Source of the DNA: a virus
Taxonomy: Duplodnaviria > Caudoviricetes
IMG/VR virus record: IMGVR_UViG_3300021400_000034
Span: 32,001-96,000 of that record
Direction: 5' to 3' (one strand)
Length of the DNA: 64,000 nucleotides
The translations under genes and the position numbers were made by a program. The notes below the pieces were generated by a model. The model saw only the letters and a program-made list of their open reading frames with translations, ran no database searches and was not told the origin of the DNA. This document shows positions 27,130 through 36,562 of the stretch, piece by piece. Positions within the stretch are counted from its first letter, which is position 1. The number at the start of each line of letters is the position of its first letter.

Positions 27130-27358
27130 GCCGACTAAGTACTCGTGGAGAGACCTGGCGCTCTTCTTCATCAATGTGCTGAAGAAGAAAGAAGGTCCAG
27201 TCTTCACGATCAAGATGCCTTTCTTGGGATGCATGACGGCTATGTTCTTGTCTCACTTCTCCGGAAACGGCATAGGATGGAACATTCTGCACTTCTTCTG
27301 CTCATGGTTCTATGTCTTCTACCGTTTCGCTGAAAAAGCTGCAGAGATTCTCAAATAA
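27110..27358 (+). CDS. small membrane protein
   Basis: GWNILHFFCSWFYVFY. Confidence 0.65.
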   Translation: MEAQKPEPTKYSWRDLALFFINVLKKKEGPVFTIKMPFLGCMTAMFLSHFSGNGIGWNILHFFCSWFYVFYRFAEKAAEILK

Positions 27359-27394
27359 ATCTTATATTTACTGTAACCGCAACAAAGGACCACA

Positions 27395-27844
27395 ATGAAG
27401 AAGAAACTAGTCGTATTTCGTGGGCTGCCTGGCTCTGGCAAGAGCACTATGGCTCGCAAGATGCAGAAGTCCTATGTCGAGCTCGGCGAGACTGTCGGCT
27501 ACTACGAAGCAGACATGTTCTTCATGACTGACTCTGGCGAGTACAAGTTCGAACCGAACAAGATTCCTATAGCTCACGCTTGGTGCCGCGATCATGTCCG
27601 TGAATCTCTCAAGAACTGCGACACAGTCATCGTCGCGAACACTAACCTCACACAGAAGGAGATGGATCTCTGGCAGCAGATAGCCATGTCTGAGAACGCG
27701 AAGATGGAAGTCTTCCACATGAAGACAATGTTCGGAAACATTCACGGCGTTCCCGAAGAGACCCTAGAAAAGATGAAGGCCAAGGAAATCGACTGGCCTG
27801 GAGAAATCGTAATTACTGCAATACAAAGGGACAAAAATGCGTAA
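27395..27844 (+). CDS. P-loop kinase (AAA_33 / polynucleotide-kinase-like)
   Basis: RGLPGSGKST, EAD..F, VANTN, NIHGVP. Confidence 0.85.
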   Translation: MKKKLVVFRGLPGSGKSTMARKMQKSYVELGETVGYYEADMFFMTDSGEYKFEPNKIPIAHAWCRDHVRESLKNCDTVIVANTNLTQKEMDLWQQIAMSENAKMEVFHMKTMFGNIHGVPEETLEKMKAKEIDWPGEIVITAIQRDKNA

Positions 27845-27980
27845 GACTTATTTAAAGCCTACAATGGACATCATCGACATGGGTAGCCACGAACAGCTCT
27901 TGGCTGGATCTGGTGACAATCCGTATTGGGATCCGCCAGAAGAGAAAGAGGGCTGTGAGACTCCGTGGTGGTGCCCGTAA
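27837..27980 (+). CDS. 47-aa leader/core-type peptide (not in ORF track)
   Basis: MRKTYLKPTMDIIDMGSHEQLLAGS-GDNPYWDPPEEKEGCETPWWCP; RBS aggga; coupled to both neighbours. Confidence 0.7.
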   Translation: MRKTYLKPTMDIIDMGSHEQLLAGSGDNPYWDPPEEKEGCETPWWCP

Positions 27981-28147
27981 TGAGTGACTCCATGATGTCT
28001 GTCTTTACAGCAGAAGAGCTAAAGCGGATGATCATGCACGTAGATCGATTCGACACGGACGTGGTCACCGACGAGAAGCTCAATGCGATAAAGGCAGAAG
28101 AGAAAGTGGAAGAGATCACGGAACAAATCCTCTCAGAAAACTTATAA
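27980..28147 (+). CDS. hypothetical protein
   Basis: TAATG coupling. Confidence 0.55.
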   Translation: MSDSMMSVFTAEELKRMIMHVDRFDTDVVTDEKLNAIKAEEKVEEITEQILSENL

Positions 28148-28156
28148 GAGACAACT

Positions 28157-28699
28157 ATGAAAAGACGAATCATGCTCGACATGGACGGAGTGCTTTGTAA
28201 CTTAGACTGGCAAGTGAAAAACTTTCACGCTATCAAAGATAACGGAAAGTGCGACTGGAAGCTGATGGACAAGATAGGACCGCAGTTCTGGTCGAACATG
28301 AAGTGGAACGAAGAGGGACACAAGCTCTACAATGCTCTTCTCGAACTGGTAAAGGAGAACCCGGACTTAGAGCTGGGCATCGCTTATGCTATCTTCTTGC
28401 ACAACGGCAAGAAGGGAAAGCGCGAGTGGATAGCTGCTAACTGTCCAGAGATCCAGATGCAGAACATCGAGATCATCAACAAGGGAATAGACAAATGGCA
28501 CTTCCTCCAAGAGTCCGACATCCTGATCGATGACAACAAGGACAACGTAGATCTGCACGTCAAGGCACATCCAGACTCTCGAGGCATCGTGTTCACGGAC
28601 TCTAAATCTGCACTGGTCAGACTGGATATGATCCTCGCCGATGACAGAGAATTCGACAAATTGTGCGAAGATCACGACAAAATGCTAGAAAATTATTAG
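28157..28699 (+). CDS. HAD-family 5'(3')-nucleotidase-like phosphatase
   Basis: LDMDGVL, K..W, ILIDDN. Confidence 0.85.
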   Translation: MKRRIMLDMDGVLCNLDWQVKNFHAIKDNGKCDWKLMDKIGPQFWSNMKWNEEGHKLYNALLELVKENPDLELGIAYAIFLHNGKKGKREWIAANCPEIQMQNIEIINKGIDKWHFLQESDILIDDNKDNVDLHVKAHPDSRGIVFTDSKSALVRLDMILADDREFDKLCEDHDKMLENY

Positions 28700-28707
28700 T
28701 TTCTCTA

Positions 28708-28736
28708 TTTACAAATAGGCCGAAAATGTCTATATT
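28708..28736 (+). promoter_or_regulatory. sigma70-like early promoter
   Basis: TTTACA-N17-TATATT. Confidence 0.75.
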
Positions 28737-28766
28737 GTAGATGTAACTTCAACAAGGACCACTACT

Positions 28767-29102
28767 ATGAAAACTCCGATGTTCGCATTTCTCTTAAGGG
28801 AACACCTCAAGATCAGCATCGATCGTGCGAATAAGCTCGCTTCTGTATTGACAGAAGAGACTCTACGCTGTATGCAGTATGAGCTCGAGGAACAGCGCAA
28901 CGTGTATCTCAAGCGAGAAAAGGATTTGCAGGCTCGCTACGACGCTCTGAAGAACGAGTCATTGAACGACATGATCAAGCGTATCGCTGCTGAAGTAGTC
29001 GACAAAGAGATCAAACAGAACTTGTCGATTGAACGTAACCCGGATCCCTACTCACACTCTACCACTCCGGTTCTTGAGTGGAAAGGCGAGGAAATAGCAT
29101 GA
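28767..29102 (+). CDS. hypothetical protein
   Basis: RBS aagga. Confidence 0.7.
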   Translation: MKTPMFAFLLREHLKISIDRANKLASVLTEETLRCMQYELEEQRNVYLKREKDLQARYDALKNESLNDMIKRIAAEVVDKEIKQNLSIERNPDPYSHSTTPVLEWKGEEIA

Positions 29103-30250
29103 ACGAATTAACTCTCGAAAAGTGCTTAGAATATGCAGATCTCGGATGGCTAGACAAGCACGAGTCTGCTGACGGAAAGCTTGTCGGCTTCAAGTACTCT
29201 CGACAGACAGTCTATGACGGCGCTTGGGACGAGATCACGCTCCAGTGCCGTGGCATCGTGTTCGATAAGTCTACTGGTTACATCATCGCTCATCCGTTCA
29301 ACAAGTTCTTCAACTATGAAGAGATCTACGACGTTACTACTAATGACGGCTACATGCGTCTCACTAAGCTCGGTGAAACTCTAACGAGACTGGGACACGA
29401 ATTTGAGCCGAACATCACGAAGGACTTCCGTGCTATGGACAAGCTTGACGGATCGCTCGGCATCTTGTTCTACTACGACGGAAAGTGGATCATCAAGACC
29501 GCTGGATCCTTCGATTCAGATCAGGCTAAGTGGGCTCAGAACTGGTTCGACACTAAGATCGACGACGAGCGCAAAGAATTGCACTTGGACCAGAACTGGA
29601 CTTACTGCTTCGAGATCATCTCCAACGAAGACCCGCACGTATGTCACTACGACTACGAGGGCTTAGTTCTGTTGGGATTCTTCGACGAGAATCACACAGA
29701 GGCAGAGATGGTCGAGATCGCGGATCTCGCTTACAAGCTGGACATCCGTTACTCTGAAATGATCTACTTCGACTCGATGGAGAAGATGATCGCGCAGGCT
29801 AAGAAGCTCGACGTGGATCACGAGGGCTTCGTAGTGACCTTCTCGTCTGGGTTCAAGATGAAGATCAAGGGCGTAGAATATCTCGAGAAGTTCAAGATGA
29901 TGTCTGCGATCTCTAAGAAGGATGTGCGTGCTCACTTCGACACAGAAGCGCTGGTAGTCGAGCCGACTTACATGATGCAGATTCCGGAAGAGCTCTGGAA
30001 GATCCGTAAGTACGGAGAAGATCTACAAGCGAAGTGCTATGACATCAAGATGCGTGCGCTCGGCGCTAACTCCATGATCACTGGAATGGAAGGTCGTGAA
30101 CGCTATGAGAAGGCTGTAGAAATCATGGGCAAGAGATACGCTTGCCTGGCAATCAACTTGGCGACTGGAAAGAAGATCAACGATCTCGTCTTCAAGTTCG
30201 CAGTAGAAGAACTAAAGTCTAAAGGAGACGACGATGACGACAACGAATAA
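29099..30250 (+). CDS. RNA ligase, T4 Rnl1-like
   Basis: CRG..F, PFNKFFN, DKLDGSL (motif I), FEII, EGFVV, KIKG. Confidence 0.9.
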   Translation: MNELTLEKCLEYADLGWLDKHESADGKLVGFKYSRQTVYDGAWDEITLQCRGIVFDKSTGYIIAHPFNKFFNYEEIYDVTTNDGYMRLTKLGETLTRLGHEFEPNITKDFRAMDKLDGSLGILFYYDGKWIIKTAGSFDSDQAKWAQNWFDTKIDDERKELHLDQNWTYCFEIISNEDPHVCHYDYEGLVLLGFFDENHTEAEMVEIADLAYKLDIRYSEMIYFDSMEKMIAQAKKLDVDHEGFVVTFSSGFKMKIKGVEYLEKFKMMSAISKKDVRAHFDTEALVVEPTYMMQIPEELWKIRKYGEDLQAKCYDIKMRALGANSMITGMEGRERYEKAVEIMGKRYACLAINLATGKKINDLVFKFAVEELKSKGDDDDDNE

Positions 30251-30677
30251 TAGAAAGACGAACGAACTCAAAGCTTACTCCGTAGCTCGATGGAATGGAC
30301 AGCCCTTCCATCCAGACTATGTCTGGAACGCTGGAGACGAGTATGCAAACAACCTCAGCAAATTGCTGTGGAGCAAGGACGTGAAAGTTATCGGGTTCTC
30401 TGATGGAAAGTGGCTCTTGGTTAACGGAGGCTCAAAGACTCCAGTCAAGGTAGACTATGTAGGCGTCCACGCTGACAATCTGCCGAGACGCATGACTAAC
30501 CGTGAACTCATGGACTGGCTGCTCGAACACAATGGCGTAAAGATCACTAAGACTGGTTGGGTTTCCATGATCCACCAGTACCAGATCAAAGACGAGAACA
30601 ACTATGTCGAAGCTGGAGTTCTGGTGAGGCCGAACGGCTCAGAAGAGCTAGTCCAGCCGACAATCGATCTTCTGTAA
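30234..30677 (+). CDS. hypothetical protein
   Basis: 147 aa overlapping the ligase end. Confidence 0.65.
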   Translation: MTTTNNRKTNELKAYSVARWNGQPFHPDYVWNAGDEYANNLSKLLWSKDVKVIGFSDGKWLLVNGGSKTPVKVDYVGVHADNLPRRMTNRELMDWLLEHNGVKITKTGWVSMIHQYQIKDENNYVEAGVLVRPNGSEELVQPTIDLL

Positions 30678-30691
30678 AATAAAGTTTACTA

Positions 30692-30720
30692 TTTACAAAT
30701 CAGCAAAAGTTTTCTATATT
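30692..30720 (+). promoter_or_regulatory. sigma70-like early promoter
   Basis: TTTACA-N17-TATATT. Confidence 0.75.
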
Positions 30721-30738
30721 GTGGTACAACAAAAACGA

Positions 30739-30791
30739 GAGATGGTCACAGCAATTTTTTATGCATGGTTCGCACAATCAAATTCCATCTC
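30739..30791 (+). ncRNA. candidate 5' leader stem-loop
   Basis: GAGATGG ... CCATCTC closing stem enclosing TCACAGCAA, between the promoter and the TROVE-like gene. Confidence 0.4.
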
Positions 30792-30821
30792 GTTAACTTT
30801 GAACCGAAGGAAGTAACTCAA

Positions 30822-32318
30822 ATGTCATTCTATTCCGAAATGGAAAAGATCCTCAAGAAGAACAAGACTCTCACTGAGAACGGAGGTGTCGGCTACGAGA
30901 CTTCAGGAAACGCTCTGGTGGACATGAACTACAAGGTCGCGTCCTACCGTGGCGCCACTGAGCAGCAGATTCTGTCTGACTTCTTGAAGGCATTCGCAGA
31001 GACGCCAGAACTCGCCGTCAAGTGGATGTTCTACGCTGGTGACGTCCGTCAGGGCCTTGGCGAGCGACGTCTGTTCAAGATCCTCGTCAAGAACGTGATC
31101 CCGAAGTTCCCGCATCTCATCAAGTGGATTCCGGAGTACTCTCGTTGGGACATCGTTGTCGAGCTTCTCGGCACTCCGGTGGAAGATCAGGCAGTGGAGC
31201 TCATCCGCACTACTCTCGCTGCTGACAAGGCTGCGTTCAATGATGGTAAGCCGATCACGCTGCTCGCTAAGTGGCTGCCGTCTGTCAACACTTCTTCCAA
31301 GGAGACTGTGCGCAAGGCTAACATCCTCTGCAGCAAGCTCGGTATGAAGCCGGCGGAATACCGCAAGACTCTGTCTGCTCTCCGCAAGTACTCTAACGTG
31401 ATCGAAGTCAAGCTCTGCAAGAACGAGTGGAATGACGTGAACTACGAGGCAGTCCCGTCTAAGGCTAACCTGAAGTACAAGGACGCCTTCCTCAAGCACG
31501 ACGAGGCACGTCGTCGCGAGTTCCTCGGCAAGCTCACTGCTGGCGAAGTGAAGATCAACTCTGGCGCTGCTTTCCCGCACGACATCGTGCACAAGTATGG
31601 CCGCCACGGCCAGCTTGACGCAGCTCTCGAAGGCATGTGGAAGAACCTTCCGGCTATCGAGATGACCAAGCCGATGATCGTCGTTCGCGACGGCTCTGGC
31701 TCTATGGAGTGCACGCTCGGCAGTCGTGGATCCTGCTCGGCTCTTGAAGTCGCTACGGCTCTAGCGATCTACTGCTCTGAGCACGCTGCTCGTGGCTTCG
31801 AAGATCAGTTCATCACGTTCTCCGGTCGTCCGAAGTACGTGAAGCTGTCCAAGAACATGACGCTTCGTGACAAGCTCACACGCGCATATCAGGAAGATGA
31901 CTGCTCTAACACGGACATTCAGAAGACGATGGAGCTCATCCTCGATACGGCTAAGTCCGCTAACCTCAAGCAGGAAGAGATCCCGGATGTTCTGATCATC
32001 TCCGACATGGAGTTCGACAGCGCTACGTCCTGCTACAACTACAGCTGGTCTCGCAGCGATTCTGCTCACGCTATCGAGACGGTCTTCGAGACGATCCGTC
32101 GTGAGTTCAAGGCTGCTGGGTACGAGCTCCCTGGATTGATCTTCTGGAACGTGAACTCTCGCACTGGCGCAGTTCCGCTTCAGACGAACAAGTATGGACT
32201 CAAGCTGCTCTCTGGCTTCAGCCAGAACGTGGTCAAGATGGCTATGTCCAACAAGCTCGATCCGTTCGAAGCTCTGAAGGAGACTCTCCTCTCTCCGCGC
32301 TATGAGGTCATCAAGTAA
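30822..32318 (+). CDS. TROVE/Ro60-like vWA protein (DUF2828-type)
   Basis: TENG, DVRQGLGER, AKWLPS, YRK, VPSKA, DGSGSM (MIDAS), IISDMEFD, IFWNV, SGFS. Confidence 0.85.
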   Translation: MSFYSEMEKILKKNKTLTENGGVGYETSGNALVDMNYKVASYRGATEQQILSDFLKAFAETPELAVKWMFYAGDVRQGLGERRLFKILVKNVIPKFPHLIKWIPEYSRWDIVVELLGTPVEDQAVELIRTTLAADKAAFNDGKPITLLAKWLPSVNTSSKETVRKANILCSKLGMKPAEYRKTLSALRKYSNVIEVKLCKNEWNDVNYEAVPSKANLKYKDAFLKHDEARRREFLGKLTAGEVKINSGAAFPHDIVHKYGRHGQLDAALEGMWKNLPAIEMTKPMIVVRDGSGSMECTLGSRGSCSALEVATALAIYCSEHAARGFEDQFITFSGRPKYVKLSKNMTLRDKLTRAYQEDDCSNTDIQKTMELILDTAKSANLKQEEIPDVLIISDMEFDSATSCYNYSWSRSDSAHAIETVFETIRREFKAAGYELPGLIFWNVNSRTGAVPLQTNKYGLKLLSGFSQNVVKMAMSNKLDPFEALKETLLSPRYEVIK

Positions 32319-32488
32319 TGCAGAGATACCGCTGCACTGTCCTCATGGGAGGAGATCAAGAGATCTTCAAGCGCTACGGGAAAAACGAGGAGCAAGTCCG
32401 AGACGAGCTCTTCGACTTCCTAACTAGCGCTTACGGACACGTCTGTCAGATACGAGAAGTCTCGACCGACAAGACGAAGACCATTTAA
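32318..32488 (+). CDS. small hypothetical protein (56 aa)
   Basis: TAATG coupling; MQRYRCTVLMGG... Confidence 0.55.
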   Translation: MQRYRCTVLMGGDQEIFKRYGKNEEQVRDELFDFLTSAYGHVCQIREVSTDKTKTI

Positions 32489-32492
32489 CAAG

Positions 32493-32520
32493 ATCCAGCA
32501 GAGAACCTGCTGGATTTTCT
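32493..32520 (+). terminator. intrinsic terminator
   Basis: atccagcag-agaac-ctgctggat then tttct. Confidence 0.7.
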
Positions 32521-32532
32521 TATATTTGAATC

Positions 32533-32721
32533 ATGGACATCAAGCCGAAGACTTACGTATTTACCGTTCGTTTTAGAAAACTGTTTGACAATGATTGGGA
32601 CTTCAAGAACGTGATCATAGAAGACTGCGTAGACGTGAAGAGCGCACTGAAGAAGATGCGATCGATGTTCTCAGAAGGCACAGTAGTCATTGTCGACAAC
32701 ATCTACTCCGAGGAATCATGA
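32533..32721 (+). CDS. hypothetical protein
   Basis: 62 aa, TATATT upstream. Confidence 0.6.
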   Translation: MDIKPKTYVFTVRFRKLFDNDWDFKNVIIEDCVDVKSALKKMRSMFSEGTVVIVDNIYSEES

Positions 32722-33536
32722 AGATCAACTCGAAATTCAAAGACTACTACGACTGCGCCCTAGGATCATTCATGGATTCTGATGTCGTGTTCAATCGCAC
32801 TCCGAAGATCGAACCTCATCATGTGATGGACTTCCCGTCACTCGGAGAGGACTTCAACGGACTGCTGCACAGTCCAAGGAGTTACCTCGAAGAGCACAAA
32901 GGCCTACTCGTCGTAGATCCTATGGTCATTCACTTTGAGCTATACTCGCTCTGGGTCGGATTCTGCGGAAAGTACTATCCTTTCGTGACTCCATCTGAAA
33001 CGGTAGGAGAGATGGTCTGGTCGAAGTACTCTAAAGATGCGATCAAGGATCCGATGAGTACCCATCTCAGGGGATTCTTCCGCGACTCTGTCCGGTGGAA
33101 CGTCGCGCCGTCAGACTTCGACACGGTCTCGCTCTATAGTCGTTTCGATGTGGACTTCAAGAGGTCGATAGGTCTCAAGATGGACAAGACACCTCTGAGG
33201 CACGAGTTCCAGAACCCAGCAGAAGCTATGTTCTGGAAGGACGAAGCTTTCGAGAAGTTTGGACCGATCTTCATGGCAGTCTTCCCTGTTCAGACGAAAT
33301 ACGTGAACGACATGGATAAGAAGCGTATATGGATCTTCAAGAACCCGTGCCTGAAGTCACTCGGGTTCCAGAAAGTCATGGATCCGTACACGGCTCTATG
33401 GACTCTAGAGAGCTGGCTAGACAGCCATGCACGTCCAGATGACGCGATCGTTCCAGTCGGAGATGACATCACGCGTCTGAAGGCATACGGATTTGATCCT
33501 AAGAGTTCATTCAGAAAATCGAAGGAGAAGAAATGA
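32718..33536 (+). CDS. conserved phage hypothetical protein
   Basis: MKINSKFKDYYD ... GFCGK ... GFDPKSSFR; ATGA overlap. Confidence 0.75.
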   Translation: MKINSKFKDYYDCALGSFMDSDVVFNRTPKIEPHHVMDFPSLGEDFNGLLHSPRSYLEEHKGLLVVDPMVIHFELYSLWVGFCGKYYPFVTPSETVGEMVWSKYSKDAIKDPMSTHLRGFFRDSVRWNVAPSDFDTVSLYSRFDVDFKRSIGLKMDKTPLRHEFQNPAEAMFWKDEAFEKFGPIFMAVFPVQTKYVNDMDKKRIWIFKNPCLKSLGFQKVMDPYTALWTLESWLDSHARPDDAIVPVGDDITRLKAYGFDPKSSFRKSKEKK

Positions 33537-33718
33537 TGTCTACATTACCTTGGTATTTAGCGTACGCTGTCGTTTGCGCTCTAGGCATGGAGATATTCGA
33601 AAATGTCTTGGATATCAGTCTAGAGGGCACATGGGGTTACTTCATTCTTGGCATTTTATGTGGATTAGAGGCTTCTATCGGGTACCTCATGGGCAAGACC
33701 GAAAAGGATGATGACTAG
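33533..33718 (+). CDS. small 2-TM membrane protein
   Basis: GILCGLEASIGY. Confidence 0.6.
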   Translation: MMSTLPWYLAYAVVCALGMEIFENVLDISLEGTWGYFILGILCGLEASIGYLMGKTEKDDD

Positions 33719-33917
33719 GAGAGAAAAGATGAAAAAACTAACTATAGCTCTAGGCGCTGCGATCTGCGTACTCACTCTGGGAGCAAATCTCGTCTTGAAA
33801 CACTATTTCGGGCTCGAGAACAACGTGGAGCTGAGCGTTTTTACTGGAATTCTGGTAGGTCTGTCCGCTACTGTCGGATATGTCTATTCTAAGCTAGAAG
33901 ACATCCATGAAGAATAA
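33708..33917 (+). CDS. small 2-TM membrane protein, paralog of previous
   Basis: GILVGLSATVGY. Confidence 0.6.
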   Translation: MMTRREKMKKLTIALGAAICVLTLGANLVLKHYFGLENNVELSVFTGILVGLSATVGYVYSKLEDIHEE

Positions 33918-34188
33918 GTTTTACGAGACAAAGCGCTGGATCGTTGCGACATACGAGAAGAGCTACAAGTTTCGCTCGTATATGGTCATCGTTCAGTTCG
34001 TCGTAAAGCGGAAGATCGTCAAGATGCTCTGGGGATTCTGCAAGTATGACACCCTGATCTACAAGAACGACTACGAGTCGGAAGTGAAGCGAAAGGCGCA
34101 AGAGGTTCTGAACCGAAAAGAGATGACCGAGCTCGATCTGATGGTGAAGATCGACGCTCTCCAGATTCAGCTCAAGCATGTGAGGTAG
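33907..34188 (+). CDS. hypothetical protein
   Basis: ORF track. Confidence 0.65.
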   Translation: MKNKFYETKRWIVATYEKSYKFRSYMVIVQFVVKRKIVKMLWGFCKYDTLIYKNDYESEVKRKAQEVLNRKEMTELDLMVKIDALQIQLKHVR

Positions 34189-34190
34189 AC

Positions 34191-34715
34191 ATGGATATAG
34201 AAGAGATGAAGAAGTCGATAGATGAGTTCTTCGACACGCACAGTCCGAGAGATATAGTGGAGACGATGTACAGACCTTTCATCGAACACATGAAGACGTT
34301 CGACCGCGCCATGTGGGAAGAGGCGATAGACAGAGAGCTGTCGCTAGGTGATGAGGAGTGCTGGTATTCGGAGGATCCAGATGTGAACAAGTTCAAGGAC
34401 CTGTGGAATATCTTCAATCCTCATATAGACGTGAGAATCCCTTGGCTCTGTGTCGAGAACGCTGACTTTCCTACACGCTACTTCGGTGTAGTGCACAACG
34501 GGAAGACCTCGATCGTGACTCTGATGATCGGACAGGGAAGTGCGATGGATATAGTACCGCTTGAAGGCTTTCTCGAATGGATGAAGAGAAACAAGTGGAA
34601 AGTCATGATTCCGGACAAGACCCTGACGCTCGATGAGCTCGAGAAGGCTGCTAAGGACACGATAGCTGATCTCGAATACCGGATCCGGAGCGCTAGCGAT
34701 AAAGTTGAAAAATAG
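34191..34715 (+). CDS. hypothetical protein
   Basis: RBS gaggt. Confidence 0.7.
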   Translation: MDIEEMKKSIDEFFDTHSPRDIVETMYRPFIEHMKTFDRAMWEEAIDRELSLGDEECWYSEDPDVNKFKDLWNIFNPHIDVRIPWLCVENADFPTRYFGVVHNGKTSIVTLMIGQGSAMDIVPLEGFLEWMKRNKWKVMIPDKTLTLDELEKAAKDTIADLEYRIRSASDKVEK

Positions 34716-34717
34716 GG

Positions 34718-34746
34718 TTTACGAAAGCGAAGGAAATTCTTAAATT
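34718..34746 (+). promoter_or_regulatory. sigma70-like early promoter
   Basis: TTTACG-N17-TAAATT. Confidence 0.65.
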
Positions 34747-34769
34747 TACTGCATAATTCGGAGGACCAG

Positions 34770-35747
34770 ATGGTTGACAACTTTGAAACGATCAAGAAAC
34801 TCTTGAAATTCGAAGAGCCTGGCGACTGCTACTACGTCCAGCTCTTGAGGCGGCAGTCTGACGACCCGCTCGTCGACGGGATGCCAGATCCAGCCTATCA
34901 TGGCAACATGCACTCACGATCCATCAAGGACTACTTCATCTCCTCGATCGAGAACTTGGAACAGCGCAAGTCAGACATCATCAAGCTCTGTGAGACGTTC
35001 AACGTGAGAGCTTACATCCGTCTGAACAAGCGAAACTACAAGCAGATCTGTCTTCACATGCTCAAGCACATCGCCGAGCAGGAGATCTCTGGACAGAGCT
35101 TCGCTTCTCCTTTCCACATCGTGGCGTCTGCTGCGGGTCTCGCTAACTGCGCTGCGAAGAACGAGAAGACGTGGATCGTAGACCTCGATGTCGAGTATTC
35201 TCATCACAATCGAGCTATTCGTGAGATGATCTGCAAGTGTGATCCTATCGACAGCGAGCTCAAGGCTGCTGCTAAGCGTCTCGGAACTCCGAACGATGAA
35301 GAAGAGCTCTACCAGACGATGCTCGAGAACGAGATGGAGAAGTTCACCGAGATCCAGACTAAGAACGGAAAGCACCTCATCGTCCATCCTTTCAACAAGG
35401 CTAAGTTCGCTCAGCTCTGGGAAGAGTATGTCGTCAAGAACGAGGTCACTTCTCCTCTTCCTCAGATGAAGATGACGACTCTGTACGACTTCACGTTCAG
35501 TCTGACTGGACCATACTTGAAGCACGCTAACACCCTTCTCGCTATCTGCCAGTCCGTCTATAAAGCTAAGGCAGAGAGGATCGACCAGAACAAGGTCATG
35601 ATCCACGCCGAGGCTGAATACGTGGTCGACTCTAAGGACTTTGAGAAGATCCTAGAAGACTGGAAGAAGTGGTGCAAGACCAGCAAGTTTTGGCTCAAAG
35701 CTCCCGACATCCACAAGGACAACCCTAGCGTGTTATATTGTCCATAA
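34770..35747 (+). CDS. hypothetical protein with AEP/primase-like motifs
   Basis: WIVDLD and TKNGKHL resemble the DxD and GxH motifs. Confidence 0.45.
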   Translation: MVDNFETIKKLLKFEEPGDCYYVQLLRRQSDDPLVDGMPDPAYHGNMHSRSIKDYFISSIENLEQRKSDIIKLCETFNVRAYIRLNKRNYKQICLHMLKHIAEQEISGQSFASPFHIVASAAGLANCAAKNEKTWIVDLDVEYSHHNRAIREMICKCDPIDSELKAAAKRLGTPNDEEELYQTMLENEMEKFTEIQTKNGKHLIVHPFNKAKFAQLWEEYVVKNEVTSPLPQMKMTTLYDFTFSLTGPYLKHANTLLAICQSVYKAKAERIDQNKVMIHAEAEYVVDSKDFEKILEDWKKWCKTSKFWLKAPDIHKDNPSVLYCP

Positions 35748-35757
35748 GGAGTGAAAG

Positions 35758-36078
35758 ATGGAAGGAAATACAGATAAAAGAAAGCTCATCAAGACGAAGA
35801 TCGATGAACTGGTCAAGACCATCGAGAAGGTGGATGACGCAGTCGACTTCGCCTTCGAACTTCGCTTCGCATTGAAGGAATGGCTCAAAGAGCACCACAC
35901 TAGCGATCGTGGTTCGATCAACCGTAAAGATCCAGCGTGGAATCTCATCAACAACCTTCAAGAGGGCGTCAAGTACGCAATGAACTCAAACGCTTCTGAC
36001 ATCCAGCTTAGCTCTATTCTCTCTTTCAACAGTGAGCTATGCGACCTGATCAGGAAGTACTATGGAGATGTAAAGTGA
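35758..36078 (+). CDS. hypothetical protein
   Basis: RBS aggag. Confidence 0.7.
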   Translation: MEGNTDKRKLIKTKIDELVKTIEKVDDAVDFAFELRFALKEWLKEHHTSDRGSINRKDPAWNLINNLQEGVKYAMNSNASDIQLSSILSFNSELCDLIRKYYGDVK

Positions 36079-36338
36079 CATTCCGAGAATACGACGAACT
36101 GCATGAACGATGTGAGATGTACAAGACTAGAGCTCTAGAGGCTATCAAATATCTCAAGGGCTACACTTTCGAGATCTACAACCTTCACTCTAGCCTGAAC
36201 CAGTGCAGCGACACTGAACTCAGCTACTCCATCGAGGACGCAGACGGCTATGACTATGGCGGCAGAATTCCGATCGATGCGCTAGATCTATACCTGGACG
36301 GCAAAGTAGACGAAGCGCGAGCTAGGTTAGGAAGATGA
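36075..36338 (+). CDS. hypothetical protein
   Basis: GTGA overlap. Confidence 0.65.
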   Translation: MTFREYDELHERCEMYKTRALEAIKYLKGYTFEIYNLHSSLNQCSDTELSYSIEDADGYDYGGRIPIDALDLYLDGKVDEARARLGR

Positions 36339-36562
36339 TAAGAAAGCTTGACAGAATGTTCTTCAGGGTCAAGAGGAACGGCAAGTGGGTGAACCTTTGC
36401 GTCTCTGACATGACAGACGAAGAGCTCAGAGAGAACATATACGATAAGAAGAGCAAGGAGTTTCTAGAGGGCGTCATCACTAACCTCGTTCATACGCTGA
36501 AGAAGATAGGTGACGCTTTCGAGCTGACTACCGAGATTCCGGAGGAAGATGATGGAAGCTAA
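36335..36562 (+). CDS. hypothetical protein
   Basis: ATGA overlap. Confidence 0.65.
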   Translation: MIRKLDRMFFRVKRNGKWVNLCVSDMTDEELRENIYDKKSKEFLEGVITNLVHTLKKIGDAFELTTEIPEEDDGS

